This document shows, piece by piece, positions 12,601 through 26,800 of a DNA stretch of 33,439 bases; positions within the stretch are counted from its first letter, which is position 1, and every line of letters begins with the position of its first letter. The DNA lies in NCBI GenBank assembly GCA_048213135.1, contig PS015258.1:1-33439 (forward strand), written 5' to 3'. The position numbers and the translations under genes were made by a program. This stretch comes from Reclinomonas americana ATCC 50394 (taxonomy: Eukaryota). The notes under the pieces were generated by a model, which did no database searches, was not told the origin of the DNA, and saw only the letters and a program-made list of their open reading frames with translations.

Positions 12601-15600
12601 ACTGACGAAGACGAGTCGACGTCCGCTCTGCCTGGGGTCGGCTTCTCGGGACCCGCATCAGTCTCCTTCGGGGTCTCGATGTCAACACCAGCAGTGGAAC
12701 CAAAGTACTTTTGCAGGCCGGGTGGCGGTTCGAAACCAGCCAGCGGTTTCGGCTCCTGCTGGCCGTGGTGGTGATGGTGGTGACGTCGGTGCAGGTGACG
12801 TTGCGCAGACTCCACATCGTAGACGCTGATCGTTGTGCTGTATTGTGGAAATAGAGTCAGCAAAAGAGTACGACACACGCCACGGCAAGGAGTCCCACCT
12901 TCGGACAGCATGTCTGTGCAGAGATATTAAAAAGTACAAGATGAGCTCAGAGTGCGCGAAGCGGATGACACAAATAGGCGCACATGCACATCACCTTTCG
13001 TCGACCAACTCCTCCAGGCGACAAGACCAGGCACGCTCGAGAGCTCCGCGCTCGAACCACGTGTCGCGCCACGGGAACTGCCACGCGCACAGATAAGCTA
13101 TCGACAATTGTGTTTCATGTGTGCAAAAGAAAGTGGGACGCAACGCGTGGTTTGCGGGCAAACAAAAAGGCAATGGTGAACACAATCGGGAAAATGATGA
13201 TGCCTGGGAGCAAGCAAAAAAATGAGTCCATGAGCACAATACAATCGAAATCAGAGTCGACAACCGCAGACCAGTGTAGAAGCCAATGACGGTCTCTGTG
13301 CAATGATACGTATGTGAGTCGAAAACACAGCCAGTCAAGTCAATCTACATCGGGAAGAAGAAAGAGACGCACCCTGGATGAATCTTGTACCCTCACTAAA
13401 GTCGCCCTGGTCCGCAAAGACAGCGTTCAACCAGAGCAGCATCGCGAAAAGCACTACACACCGTCGATACAGTAAGCGACAGAAAACACCAGGAGCGAGA
13501 GAGTGGCCAGCGTAATGGCGCACCGTACAGCACAGTGACTTTCTGCGTCTTGCGGAAGTTGTCGGACTTGCTGCCGAAGAAGGCGCGGAACCAGCTGCGT
13601 TATATTTCAGTGAGGAATAAACAACACTCGATACGCACACTTGGGAGGTTCGAAGCGAGACAAACCTGTGATCAAACATGAACAGGTGCGTCATCTTGTG
13701 ACCGATCTTGGCGTGCAGTGGTCGCGACCGCTGATACTCAATGACTTTCATCACGCATCCGCGGAAGCGCGCCAATGCAGCCAGATGCCGACGGAGTGCC
13801 GCCTTTTCTTCGTCTGCATGAATATTCACGGTGGTGAGAACGCATGCCTCACTTTGAGCAGTGACGACCTCGCCCATGCATACCTGGCAGCGATACGACC
13901 TGCGCGTCCTTCACCACGGCGGCCGCCTTGAGCTTCTTGTCCAACTCTGCCTTGCTCGATTCTGCTAATGTGTGTTAGCAACCATGTGAACAAGAGCACG
14001 GAATGAAGACTTTAAAAAACCTTTGGGTGTTTCCACCAACTCGTCAACGCACGCCAAACTGCGCGCTGTGTCCATCGAACCAGCAGCCGCTGCGGGCGGA
14101 GAGCACACGAGATGTTAGACCTCTTGTACCTGCCCTCAACATGCAACATCACCACTACCAACCTGCAGAGGCAGCAGAGCGCGAAGGACCTGTCGTGCGC
14201 ATCGAGGGTGAGCTCAGCGACACACCCTCCAAACCGAGTGAAAAACACATTACCTCGCGCGCTGACGGTACGTGAATCGCTCTCCGCCGGCGGACGCGGG
14301 CGTGGAGTAGTGACACGCGCCAACAGTCTCTCACTGTACCGCGCACTCGCGGCCGACATGTAATCTACACGCAGGAAAGGGTATTTTCAGTGTCATCAAA
14401 GCTCACGCGAGAGCCATCAAAACGCATAAACGCACCAGCACTCTCCGACCCAGCATCCTCGTCATCGGCACGAGACTTTGGAAGCATGACGACATCGCTA
14501 TTGGCAGAGAAGGGCGACAGTGGCCCGTCGTCAAGCGCGACACCAGCAGCCATAGATCCGTGGACTGCGACAAACACTCAGTCAGGACGTGATCTCGTAC
14601 AGGATCAAACCAAGTGAGTGAATGCACTGACCAGGCAGCTCCGTCAGCGAGCGGGACGATTCGAGAGCTTGTGTGGTGCAAGGTCAGACAGGGTGCGGTG
14701 TGGAGCAGTGTTGGTTTCAGCATGAGAACAGTTACCTGGGCGACTGCGGGCGGTGAGCGGGGCGGCGTTGTCGTCGGACACGGGTTGCACCAGGGGCCGA
14801 GCACTCAGACCTGCGACGGAGAGAAACATTGTCAGCAGCAACACACCATGTAGAGTCAAGGCAGAAACAGTACGCACCACCCGTGTAAATCGCGTCATCC
14901 TCGGCAATGCGGACCAGACGATCGCTGCGTGCCGTGCCCGGACGTGCGGAAAGCGCACGCGGAGACATGAGACGCGGTGTGCGAGTGCGTGGTGACAAGG
15001 CCGACCGTGTCACCGCCAGGCGCGGGGACGCAGGAGCAGCTGACAAGGGGAGGGAAGGGACAGCGGATGGTCGGCGTCCGCGGGCCGAGGTTGGCGTGCT
15101 ACCGTCGGACATCATGTCCACCGATGTGAGCGCCTTTTGAGGTCCCACTCGTGGTGTTGTCATTGACATTTCTGCGCAGCACAAGTGCCAGCACATGAGC
15201 ACACGTGACACAAACAACAAAGAAACGCACTCAAATGCGTCAGCGAACCATCCCACGGGCACTCCCAGTCGGCCTCCGTTTCATCGTCGCCGACCGCAAC
15301 TCCCGCCGCCGCTGTCTCATCGCCCGACTTGAGAGCCACCACAATGTCGGTGGTAGTTACAGCCTTGTTGGCGACATCCTTCTCTGGCAACTCGTCCAGC
15401 TCACGCTCGCTTGGATTTGCGCTTGCCGGTCGGCTCTTGGATTTCATCAGCTGCGATACCAGCTGCGAGAACGCAAACATGCCGCGGTACTTGGGCAACG
15501 CGTCACTCCGCTGCGCACAGCAATCAAAAGTTTCCTTGAGACACGAGCCGATGCACAGGAGTGACGAAGACTTGTGCGCCACGCACCACACGAACGGTCT

Positions 15601-18600
15601 CCAGTGCGTACAGCTTCTTGACAAAGAACTTGCGAATCAGCGTCTCATCCTCTTGCTGCGCTCACACGAGGAAAGTTTTTCGTTAGCAAGAGCCATGAGA
15701 TGGTGCCAAGCACACGCGCAGGAAGCACGCAACGTTATCCACGCGGTACATGACGATCCACAGCACCACATAGATAATGTTGACGAGGAGAATGCACACA
15801 AAGATCCAGCTCTCCAGCACACCGCTCTCCAGCACCAGGCTCAAGTCCGTCGGGCTACGCGATGCATCAGCGTGAACAACGGAATGGGAGTGGTGTCTGG
15901 CAAACCGAGTAGTCACGCAACTCGACAATCAAAAACTGCACCGCAAAGGCATTCTCAAAGTCGATGCTGAAATCCGTAAAATGGTTGCAGGCGCACCCGA
16001 CGCCGATAACATCGCGAGATCCTCCGCGCACTTTCAGTAGCGTGTCGCACCCGTCGGCCGACCACTCCCCATCGGTCGGTGCCCAGAACTTGCACAGATC
16101 AAACGAGGGCGGGTTTGTCGTATCTGCAGCCCCGTCAGACTCGTGAGCAGCCAAAAGTAGCTAAAATGAAAAGCAATGGACCCTTAACGCACCATTGGTC
16201 GAGTGCGGGCACACGTTCGTGACGCTCACGTAGCGTGTGTCAGGGTAGACGCGAGCACCGATGCGGCGCGTCTTACGCGTGCCGCAGTTGGAAGCGTACT
16301 CCAGGGCTTGTTGCTGTGAGACGACGATGAGCAAGAAGCAAGCGATTGAGTCTTCAGGGACCTATGAAAACGAACCAACACATGCTGGCGGTCGGCGAAC
16401 AGGGCACTGTCGATATTCAAAATCTCAAAAATGTGCTTGTCGGTCTGATTCTCCACCGGCACCAAGTTGCCGTCGGGGTCGTAGATGGAGAACGACTGAA
16501 TGGACGAGGCCAGACGCGCCCCGGATCCGTTTTCCGACATTTGCCCCGCGTATGGATTGTAACCTGCAACGGCGCACCACATTCAGTTCATGAGCCATGA
16601 AGGAACTTCCATTGCCCCGCCGTGCATACCTCTCGCATACTCCAGTGACACAAAGGCACCAGTGCGCGTTCCATCCGCCGCCAGTTGAGCGTAACTCGGC
16701 GGGAGAATGAACGACGTACCAGTGGTCATGTTCTCCGACGAGGTGGCCGACAAGAGACTGCCGGTGCTTGCGGTGCCCAGCTGCGCAGCACACAATTGTG
16801 TCAGTCAACCGAAGCAGGCAAACAGATACTCGATGCGCTGACAAAATAATGAACCTGCACGCCTGGCGTGTCGGCGCCCGCCACGAGATGTGACGACACG
16901 CCCGACTGGATGGCCGTGCCTGAGAACTGCATGGCCTCTTCGCCCGGCACCTTTTGCAGCGTCGACTGCAACAATGTGCTGGAAACCGCTTCGGCACCAC
17001 GAGCCACAAGCGTTGCCAGGGACGACTGGTCGCCCATCATGGTGGTCGCAGTCGACGAGTGCACGAGCATTGAGTCGACCATATTCATCATGCGCTATTG
17101 CACGCAAGTCAGCAACATGGACAGGCACGCAGAGAGGTCGGATATCACTAGACGCACCGACATGGAGTCGTCGTCGAACGAGGAGCTGTTCTCGGCCAGC
17201 GTCGCGGCGACTTCAACCACGTGACCCGACAAAGCGAGAACGGTGGTGGCGGCCGAGGACGCCAGCATACGAGACGTGTTCCTGTAGAAACATACAATTC
17301 AGCACATGCCCTCCTCCTCCACTTCTCACTCTCCGCCCGTGACGCAACTCTGCAGCGATGCCGCAAGCATGCAACATGGACGACACGAGGTCTGGCGAGT
17401 TTGCCAGGTCCACCCCACTGCCAGCAATGGTGCGCAAGTCGGCTCCCATTTGAACCAGACCCAGACGAGCGGCCTCCGATGTGGCTACGTATGCCGTAAA
17501 GCACACAGTTGAGTCCACATTCACAAGCACACCGACACACATCATGTCTCTCACCATTTTGCTGCCCGAAAAACGTGTCCGCCAACTCCGAAGACGAGAC
17601 GAGTGACAACGAAAGCTGGTACTTGCCGACAATGCTCGCAGCCTTGTCGGCATCGCTGAAAAGCAGGAGCAAGTGAGACACAGCATTGCGCGGTTCGATA
17701 TTATTGGAGAAGTGACGCAACAGCACAGTGCCGTCGGCAATCAAGCTGCCGCCGAGGTTCTTGTTGAAGCGCTCCAGCGAGGCGGTCATCGAACCGCCGG
17801 CCAAAGGCGTCACACGCACAACCGTGGTGGTACTCGACCTGCACCATGTGGTGAGTGAGTGACACAGCGTGTACCGAACGGGTTGTCCACACATGGAAAC
17901 GCAACTCGGCCAGGTAGGCATCGCGCACAGAAACGCCGACCACCAGCTTTCCATCATTGACGTCGCCCGCAGGCAACTGCTGCGACGGCAGCGACGGATT
18001 CGGCGAGCTGCTAATAACAATGCGCGCCGAGGTGACCGGGTCAATGTAGAAGAAGGTGTAGGCCAGCGGCAGGTCAGTATCCTTAAAGTCGGTTGCCTCC
18101 AGCGTAAACGGCGTGGTGAGAGCCTCGCCAGTGGCGGGAGTCACCGAGATCCTGCCCACGGTCGGCGCTCCATTGGTGACCACGCGCGTGGTGGCCACGA
18201 CTGCAGTGATGGAGCGCGGGATGGTAAACAATAAAATAGGAGAAGCAGGAACAATGTCACTCTTTCCCTTTCTCTCTCTCCCTCTCCCTCCCTCCTCCTC
18301 CCTCCCTCCTCCCCTCCTCCTCCTTCCCCCCCCCCCCCCCCTCCCTCTCTCCCTCGCTCTCACCTGGAGCCAAACCAGCGGCGGTCGGCGTGACCGACAG
18401 TGAGAACACGTAGAACGTATCACCACCCAGCGCATTCGGAAGAACACGAATCGACGGTGGCTGTGTGTCGGCAATCGACGGAATTATGGTGAAACGCTCG
18501 GCGTCGCTGACATCAATCGCACCACCGTTCGCGTCGGCCACCGACCACGCAAATCGCGCGGGCCCCGACGACACCACTGCCGATACGGCAAACGAAGCGC

Positions 18601-21600
18601 CAGCGTCGAGCTTCACATTCCATGGTGCATCGGCCGGGGGACGTGCAATCTGCATCGACGACACCAAGCGTGTTATTGTGTTTGCGCGCTACACATGACA
18701 AAAAGAAAGCACCGACTGATTGCTGGTGACGAACCACTGAGAACTTGATAGAGGCCGATCGGCTGACACTGAGCAGCGATGTGGCCGCGGCCGAACGCGT
18801 GCCCTTGGTTGCCGTGCAGGAAATCGTGTACGAACCCACCGGCAGCGAGCCGGCAGCCAGCGTCAGCGTACTCGTAGTCGCGGCCGAGAACAGGGCGTCC
18901 GGGCACATGCCAGTGACGGCCGTGCAAGTCCACACAAATGTCGGCGTTAGCGACTGAACGCACACACAAAATGTGTGTGTGAGTGGGAAGAGCAATCAAT
19001 GGATGAGCTCCACCTCCCACGCAACTGCCACGAGACGTGAGGAGGCTTCGGGATCGGCCACCACGGCGGTGAGACGCGAGTCGTCCGTCAGGGCAATCAC
19101 GCCGTCACCTGTTGAAAAAACACGAGTCAGGAAATTCTGCGGCTGCGCCCGCAACTGGTGATGAGGAGGGGGCGAGGGCACGCACCGCCATTGATCTGCA
19201 GCTGCAGCGGTCGCAACTGGGTGGAAACAGGGAGCGCCACACTAAACGGACCCACGTTTCCATTGTTGCGCACACGAGCACGCAAAAGCATGGTCACCGC
19301 CGGTCGAAGGAACGGCAGCGTGCAGTCGGTGGCCGTCTTGGTCCAATCGCACCCGTTCGGGAACGCCAACACCGTGTTGGTCGACGTGTCGACAACTTCG
19401 ACAGAGTACGGTCCAGCACCAGAGGGCCCGGCACTCGCCAACACCGAGATCGTCAGCGAACTCAGCGACGACGAGCCGAGACTTAACGTCACGCTCACAT
19501 CGATCAGCGTGCGAACTATTTGAACAGTGTGAGCAAGAAGAAACTCAGGCACGGGGAATAAACACAGAGTGACGCACCGGCCAGTGGAACGCTCCAGGGG
19601 CCAGCGACCACTGGCAAATCGACATCGTCGCCGACTTGCACGCGTGCACGGAGCTGGAGACGCGAATCCGACGCCAGTCCGGTGACGGTGCACGTCTGCG
19701 CGACTGCCGAGGTCCACAGACACGGTTTGACCCACGCCAGCACCTTCTCATTGCTGCTGTCCACGGCAAAATAGGGCTGCAGGAGGTCCGCCGACGGGGC
19801 CGCCGACGCCTTCAGTTGCAACACCGCCGAACTGCCGTCCACCACAGAGCCAGGAAGCAGCGTCAGAGTCACGGTGACAGCTGACGGCTTCGGGTCGCGG
19901 ATCTGCGTCGCAGTGACTGGCGACGACATGGCGCCAACATTGCTGGCCAAGCGCACACGAGCACGGAAGACCAGGTCGGCATTGCGCGGCACGGTGGACA
20001 AGAGGCATGTTGTCGGTTTCGAGTCACTCCACGCACACTTGCCAGTCAGCGGAAGCGCCAAGGACGTCGCAGAGTCGATGAACTCGAACACGGAAGACGC
20101 AGCAGCAGCCGCACTCGGGGATGCGCTTGCCGTCACCGACACAGTGACGCCGGTGCTGCGTACCGAGACCACCGACACGGACGTTACCGATTGTGCCAAG
20201 AGGGTTTTCCCTGCAGAGCAACAAGACCGCTTGAGTAAGACACGAGAAGAAGAGACACAGGGAAAAAATGAGCACAAACCTGCAAACGCGGACGACCACT
20301 CGCTCTGGGCCACAGGCTCGGCACCCGCCTTGTATCCGGCAACGGCGCGAATCTTGAATTGCAGAGAGGTGTCGGCCGGCAACGAAACAATGCTACACGT
20401 GGTGTTCAAGGAGGTCGCCGACCACGCGCACACGGCAGGCTCCAAGGTGTACGGCTTTTGCAAGTCGTCGACGCCCGCAATCAGGAACTGCGGCACGCTG
20501 CCGTCGTCGGCCGTGCTGGTCCGCGAAGCCGTTATGGTGACCGTCAACGACGACGCAGTGGCGCCAGTGTCAGCGGCAATGGTGCCGGTGAGTATGACGG
20601 CAAGTGGACGCGGTGCCAGTGAGGTGGTGACCGGGGCCGACAAGACGCCAACATTGGTCGCAGTGCGAACTCGCGCATTCAGCGTCAGCGTCAGAGCCGT
20701 GGTGCTTGCCGGCAACGCCACTGTGCAGTTGGCGGCCTTGTTCACCAAGAAGACACAGTCGCCCACAAACGGCAGCAGCGCGCTGCGATCGGTGTCAAAC
20801 ACTTCGTAGGTACGACCCTCGCCGCGCGCCGATTCAATGTAGGCGGCCGGTTTCAGCACGACTGAGACAGAGGCGCGACTGGCCGCCGCGACACTGACCG
20901 CCACCGTGTCGGGCAGCATGGTGCGAGCTGCAACGATGGCATGAGAAAAGAAAAACAGTCAGCGACACAGGCATTTTTTTGGTGCAAGGGGCAGAACGAA
21001 GGAAAAAAAGACGCAACCGCCAACAATGTCGGAGAGCTCGCTGATGCCGAGGGCCGTTGGATCGGAAATGGCACGCACTCGCACTTGCACGCTGGCATCG
21101 GCCGGCAGCTGCACCAGGCGGCACAAAGTCGACATGGAAGACGGCGACCACGCACACACGGCAGGATCAGTGGCCAGCACCGTGTTCGTCTTGGTGGCGT
21201 CCACGAAAATGAATTGTGGGGCGGAGCCGTCGTTGACCGTGCTGACGCGCGAGGCGAGCACCGACACCACAAACGATGACACGGTAACGGAGCTCATGTC
21301 CACCGAGGCCGACAACACCACATCCAGCGGTCGGCTGGTGATAGAGGCGCGAGACAAGGCCGAGTACACGCCGACGTTGACGCTGCTCCGCACACGAGCG
21401 CGAATCGAGATTGACGAGTCGGCAAAGCCACTCGGCAGCGCCACCACACACGTGCTGCTCATGCTGGCGCTCCACGCGCACGGACCCATGAACGAGAGCA
21501 CAGTGCCGGACTCGGTGGAAACCTCAAATGTGCGCGCCGACGACACGTCTCCTTCGATATTGGTGGACGGAGAGAGTGTCAGAGTGATGCCGCTGCGATA

Positions 21601-23813
21601 GGCCGTCACCACCGCCAGGGAGACGGTGTCGGCCAGAATGGTGCGGCCAACAATCACGTCTGAAAAGGCACCGGCGGCCACCGGATCCAGACCAACGTTG
21701 CGGTCGGAGACGGCGCGGACACGGAAGCGGTACAGCGAGTCGGGAGCGAGACCGACCACCAAGCACGACGATGTGAGCGAGGTCGAAGACCAGCCACACA
21801 CAAACGGACTGAGCGTGTACGCGACGTCCGTGTTGTCGGCCTGGGCAATGACAAACTGCGGTACGGCGCCGTCGGCGGCCGAGCTCAGTCGCGACACGGT
21901 CAGCGACAAGAGAACGGACTGTGTGGTGACGCCACCCTCCACCACGCCTCCAGTGACAGTCACGTCCAGCGGGCGCGGAGCCAGTGCAAACATCAAGGTT
22001 GGCGAGAAGACGCCAATGTTGTTGGCGGTGCGCAGGCGCGCAGCGATCGTGATGCTGGTGGCGGTGTAGCCGGTGGGAAGTTGCACTCGGCAAGTGCTGG
22101 CGGCATCGGCGGTCCACGCACACGCGTCGGCAAACGGCAGCACGCTGCGCGTCGTGCTGTCAATGACCTCGAACGAGCGAGGTGCCAGTTGGTCGGGACG
22201 GACGGTGTCCAGATTCAGCGACGGCAGCAGCGACAGCAAGATGGAGCCGCGATCAGCCGTCAACTCGGTCAAGGAGACAGTGTCGGCCAGCAGGGTTCGA
22301 GCTGGTAAGAGACGACGACACACGAAGAGAAGGTGAGTAATTAGAGTCGGCATTTCCATGGGTGACAGAGGAGGAGGAGGAGGAGGAGGAGGATGGGTAC
22401 AACGCACCAGTGATCACAGACGACAGCGGGCTCACGCCCACGGGATCGGTGCCGTCGGTGCGGTGGTCCGAGACGGCGAGCATGCGGAGACGTACGTCCG
22501 AGTCCGACGGCAATCCGAGCACTCGACAGCTGGTCGACAACGACGAGGATGACCAGATGCACACTGGTGGGTCGAGCGTGAAGAGCGAATTGGTGTTGTC
22601 TGCGTCGACCACCAAGAACTGAGGCGCTGTGCCGTCGTTGCTGGAGCTCACTCGCGACGGCATAATCGTCAACGACAGTGAGTGCACACTGACTCCGTCG
22701 GTAGCCACCACGCCCGCGACATTGACGTCGAGGACGCGCGTCGCGAGAGCCACGGAGAGGGTGGGCGTCCACTCGCCGACATTGTCTTCCGTGCGCACAC
22801 GCAAACGAAGTGACACTGTGCGACCGGTGAAACCGGCAGGCAGCGACAAAGTGCACGTGACGGGCACCGCGTTGCCGGCCCACACACACTGCTCGTCCAT
22901 GGTGAGCACAACGTCACCGGCGGGCAGCACCTCAAATGACCGCGCGGCCAGCGGCGAGTCCTTGGGTGACTGACGGTTCAGCGACGGCAGCAGAGTCAGC
23001 ACCATGCGGCTGCGGTCGGCAGACTCCACGCTGACAGCGACAGTGTCGGCAAGCAGGGTGCGGCCTGGGGGGGACGACAAGTCAACAACGACAGGAGTAC
23101 AAGAAAGCATTGTAAAGGAATGCAGGGTAGCAGACCGGTGAACACGGACGAGACGGCGCTCCAGGCCAATGGCGACGCCGGATCGAGCTTGTCCGAAATG
23201 ACACGCGAAACGAATTGCAGCGCCGAGTCGGAAGGCAGCCCGAGGATGCGGCACGATACTGGCGTCGCACTCGACCACACACATGTGCTCGGATCGAGAG
23301 CGTACGAGGCAGAAGTGCTCTCCGCATCGGCAATGACAAACTGCGGAGCGCTTCCATCGTCCACCGAGCTCGCTCGTGAGGCGGCCAGAACCACAGTAAG
23401 TGAGGTGGCAGTCGCGCTGTTCGTCAACACGGAGGCAGTGACGGCCACGTCGAGGGGTCGCGGACCCAGCGGTGATTGGACTGGTGCGGAGAAAACGCCA
23501 AAATTGGTCGCCGTGCGCACCCGCGCCTGCAGCGTAATGTTGCGGGCGGCGAATCCAGCCGGCAGCGACACGGTGCACGACGAAGAGAGTTGCTCGCCGC
23601 TCACCCAGTTGCACGAGCCGACAAACGGTAGCACACTACCGCTGTCGCTGTTCACCACCTCGTACTGCCGCGCACCCACATTCGTGCGATAGGCGGCGAC
23701 GGTTGGTGTCAAGCTCAGCGACACTTGTGCGCGATTTGCAGTGCCAATCGCCACCGCCACCGTGTCGGCCAACATGGTTTGACCTGTGGTGGAGGTGGGA
23801 AAGGTGAGCGAGC

Positions 23814-23850
<37 letters not shown>

Positions 23851-26800
23851 AGAAGAAAAGAAAAAGACGCACCACCAAACACTGCCGACAAGGAGCTCTG
23901 CGCCAGAGGCGATGCGTTCGTGTCAGACACGGCGCGCACTCGCAGCAGCACCTGTGTGCCTGGCGGCAGGCCAAGCACGCGGCACGTGCTGGATGATGAG
24001 GTGGGAGACCAGGCACACACAGCCGGACTGAGCTGCAGCAGGGTGCGCTCGTTGCTGGCGTCCACCACCACAAACTGCGGTGCGGTGCCGTCGTCGCCCC
24101 TGCTCGGACGCGACGCCGTGACGGTGATGAGCAGCGAATCGACAGCGACAGCGATGCTCGAGTCGGCGACTTCGGCCACCAGTGAAATGTCGTAGGGTCG
24201 CGGTCCGAGTGCCGTTTCGACAGGCGCCGAGAACAAGCCAGTGTTGTTGATGGTGCGAACGCGAGCGCGCAGCGCCACACTTCCGGCCGCGAAGCCAGCC
24301 GGCAGCGCCACGGTACAGTTCACCGGCACACTCGTGCCAGGCCACACGCACGCGTCGACAAACGGCAGCGTGGCGCCAGTCCCATTGTCAACCACTTCAA
24401 AGTAGCGACTCCCTGCATCGGCGGCTCGCAGGCTTCCATTCATCGATGTCAGCGTCAGGTCGATCCGTGCGCGGTTGGCGGTGCCAATCGTGAACATGAC
24501 AGTGTCCGGCAAGAGAGTTTGACCTGCGAGACGAGTGTCAGATGAAGGGGGGCACAGAAGCCGAAGCACACTTGCCGAGAGGAGCACCTTCAAACGCGGC
24601 CGACCAGTCACTCCACGCGAGCGGTGAGGCATTGGCATCGGAGACCACCCGTGCGCGTAGCTGAAGCAGGCTTGCCGATGGCACATTGATAACACGGCAC
24701 GTGGTCGTGGCGGACTCGGCGGACCAGGCGCACATGGGCGGGTCGAGTGTGTACACAATGTCGCTGTTATTGGCGTCGGCCACTATAAACTGTGGCGCGC
24801 TGCCGTCGCCCTTTGTGCTCACGCGTGTCGCCGTCAACACCACCGTCAACGCGGAGACAGCACTCTCGGTGACCGCGCCCGACACCGCCACATCGAGAGG
24901 CCGCGGGTCGAGGGCGGTCTCCACCGACGGTGAATACACACCGACATTGTTGGCAGTGCGCACTCGCGCACGCACGGCAACGCTGCCCGCCGAGAAGCCA
25001 GCCGGCAGCGCCACAGTGCACGCTGATGCGCCACTGGCGGCAGGCCACGTGCAAGCACCGACAAATGACAGCAGCTGACCGTCGCCGTTGTTGAACACCT
25101 CAAAGTAGCGATTACCGACATCGACTCCATACGTGGCAGCCGTCGGCGTGAGAACGACAGCGACACGAGCACGGTTGGTTGTCGCGCCAAACGTCACCAC
25201 GACCGTGTCGGCGAGCATCGTGAGACCTGTGCAGACGCGCGCGCGTGGAATGAGCCGAGTGTGGCGAGAACAAGTGATGCACACAACAGGCAGGGGAGGC
25301 ATGACACAGACCATTGAAGATCGGCGACAAGTCGCTCTGTGCCACCGGCGACGGATTGGTATCGGACACGGCGCGCGCGCGCAGCTGAACAGCGGTGCCA
25401 GCGGGAACACCGAGAACGCGGCATGTCGTAGTCTGCGAGGTGCGCGACCACGGACACACTGGCGGATCGGTGGTGTACGGCGTGCCGACGGCAGTGGCGT
25501 TGAAGATCACAAACTGCGGCGCGGTGCCGTCGGCGGCCGTGCTCACACGCGAGGCGGCAATGGTCACCAAGAGCGAGTTGACGGCGACTGCATCGGCATC
25601 GACGGCAATGGTCGCCGTCACCGCCACGTCGTACGGACGCGGCGACAAGGGCGCAATCAACAACGGCGCCGAGTAGAGGCCACGGTTGCCTTCAGTGCGA
25701 ACACGAGCGCGGAGCACAATGCTGTCGGCGGTGAAACTTGCAGGCAGAACCACAGTGCACAATGCGGCCTGCTCGCCACTCGGCCACGCGCACATGTCGG
25801 CGAATGGCAACACTGCGCCGGTGCCGTCGTCGTTCATCACCTCGAAGAAGCGGCCGCTCACTTCGGGGACATTGGCGGGTCTCGCAGGAATGAGTGTGAG
25901 GACAATGCGCGCGCGGTTTGCCGATCCGGAAATCAGTGATACAGTGTCGGCCAGCAGGGTTTGTGCTGCGAGCAAGGAGAGGAAGAAGGGTGATGAGCGA
26001 AAGAGGCAAAGTGGGGGGAGGAGAAGGGAGAGATATCAGCTGCGTACCTGCAATCGCCTCCGACAGTCCACTCTGCGCGACAGGTGACTCGGCGAGATCG
26101 GAGACTGCGCGGATTCGCAGCTGCACCAAGGAAGCCGGAGGCAGTCCCAACACACGGCACGTGCTTGTCGTCGACTGAGGCGACCAGGCGCACACCGCCG
26201 GATCTGTAGAGTAGCGCACGTTGCTGCCTTCGAAGGCGTCGAGCACCACAAACTGCGGCGCAGTGCCGTCGACGGCTGCGCTCACTCGCGAGGCCGTGAT
26301 GATCACGAGCAGCGAGTTGACGCCGACAGCATCGGCAGTGGAGGCCACTGCAGCCGACAAGTCGAGCTGCAGCGGCCGCGAATCGAGAGAAACGCTCAAG
26401 GCGCCAGACCAGCCACTTGTGTTGTTGGTGGTGCGGGTACGCACACGCAGCGACACGACAAGAACCGACGCATCCAACACCAGCGTGCACTGCGTCGGCT
26501 CTGAGCGCGCCCACAGGCACGGCGCCAGTTGCGGCAACGGCTGGCCACTCTGACCCTCCGTCTCCACCGTGTACACCTCGTAGGTGCGCGCTGCTGCCGC
26601 CTGCACACCCTCCTCTTCACCGAGCGACGCATACAGCGACAGCGTCAGTGCGGTGCGGTACGGCGTCGTCACCTCCACCGAGATTTGGTCGCCGAGAAGA
26701 GTACGCGCTGCGAAAATGCATTGGTGCGGAGTGAGCGACAGCGGAGGACGATCACGAAACGCAAACGGCAAACCATTGACAACGGTGGCTGACAATTCGC

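Noticed and set aside
9677-15855. Several independent small genes downstream of the GPS exon
   Set aside because: The exons splice in frame, and PKD1-type TM2, TM3, TM4 and TM5 motifs appear in the expected order, so one gene is more parsimonious.
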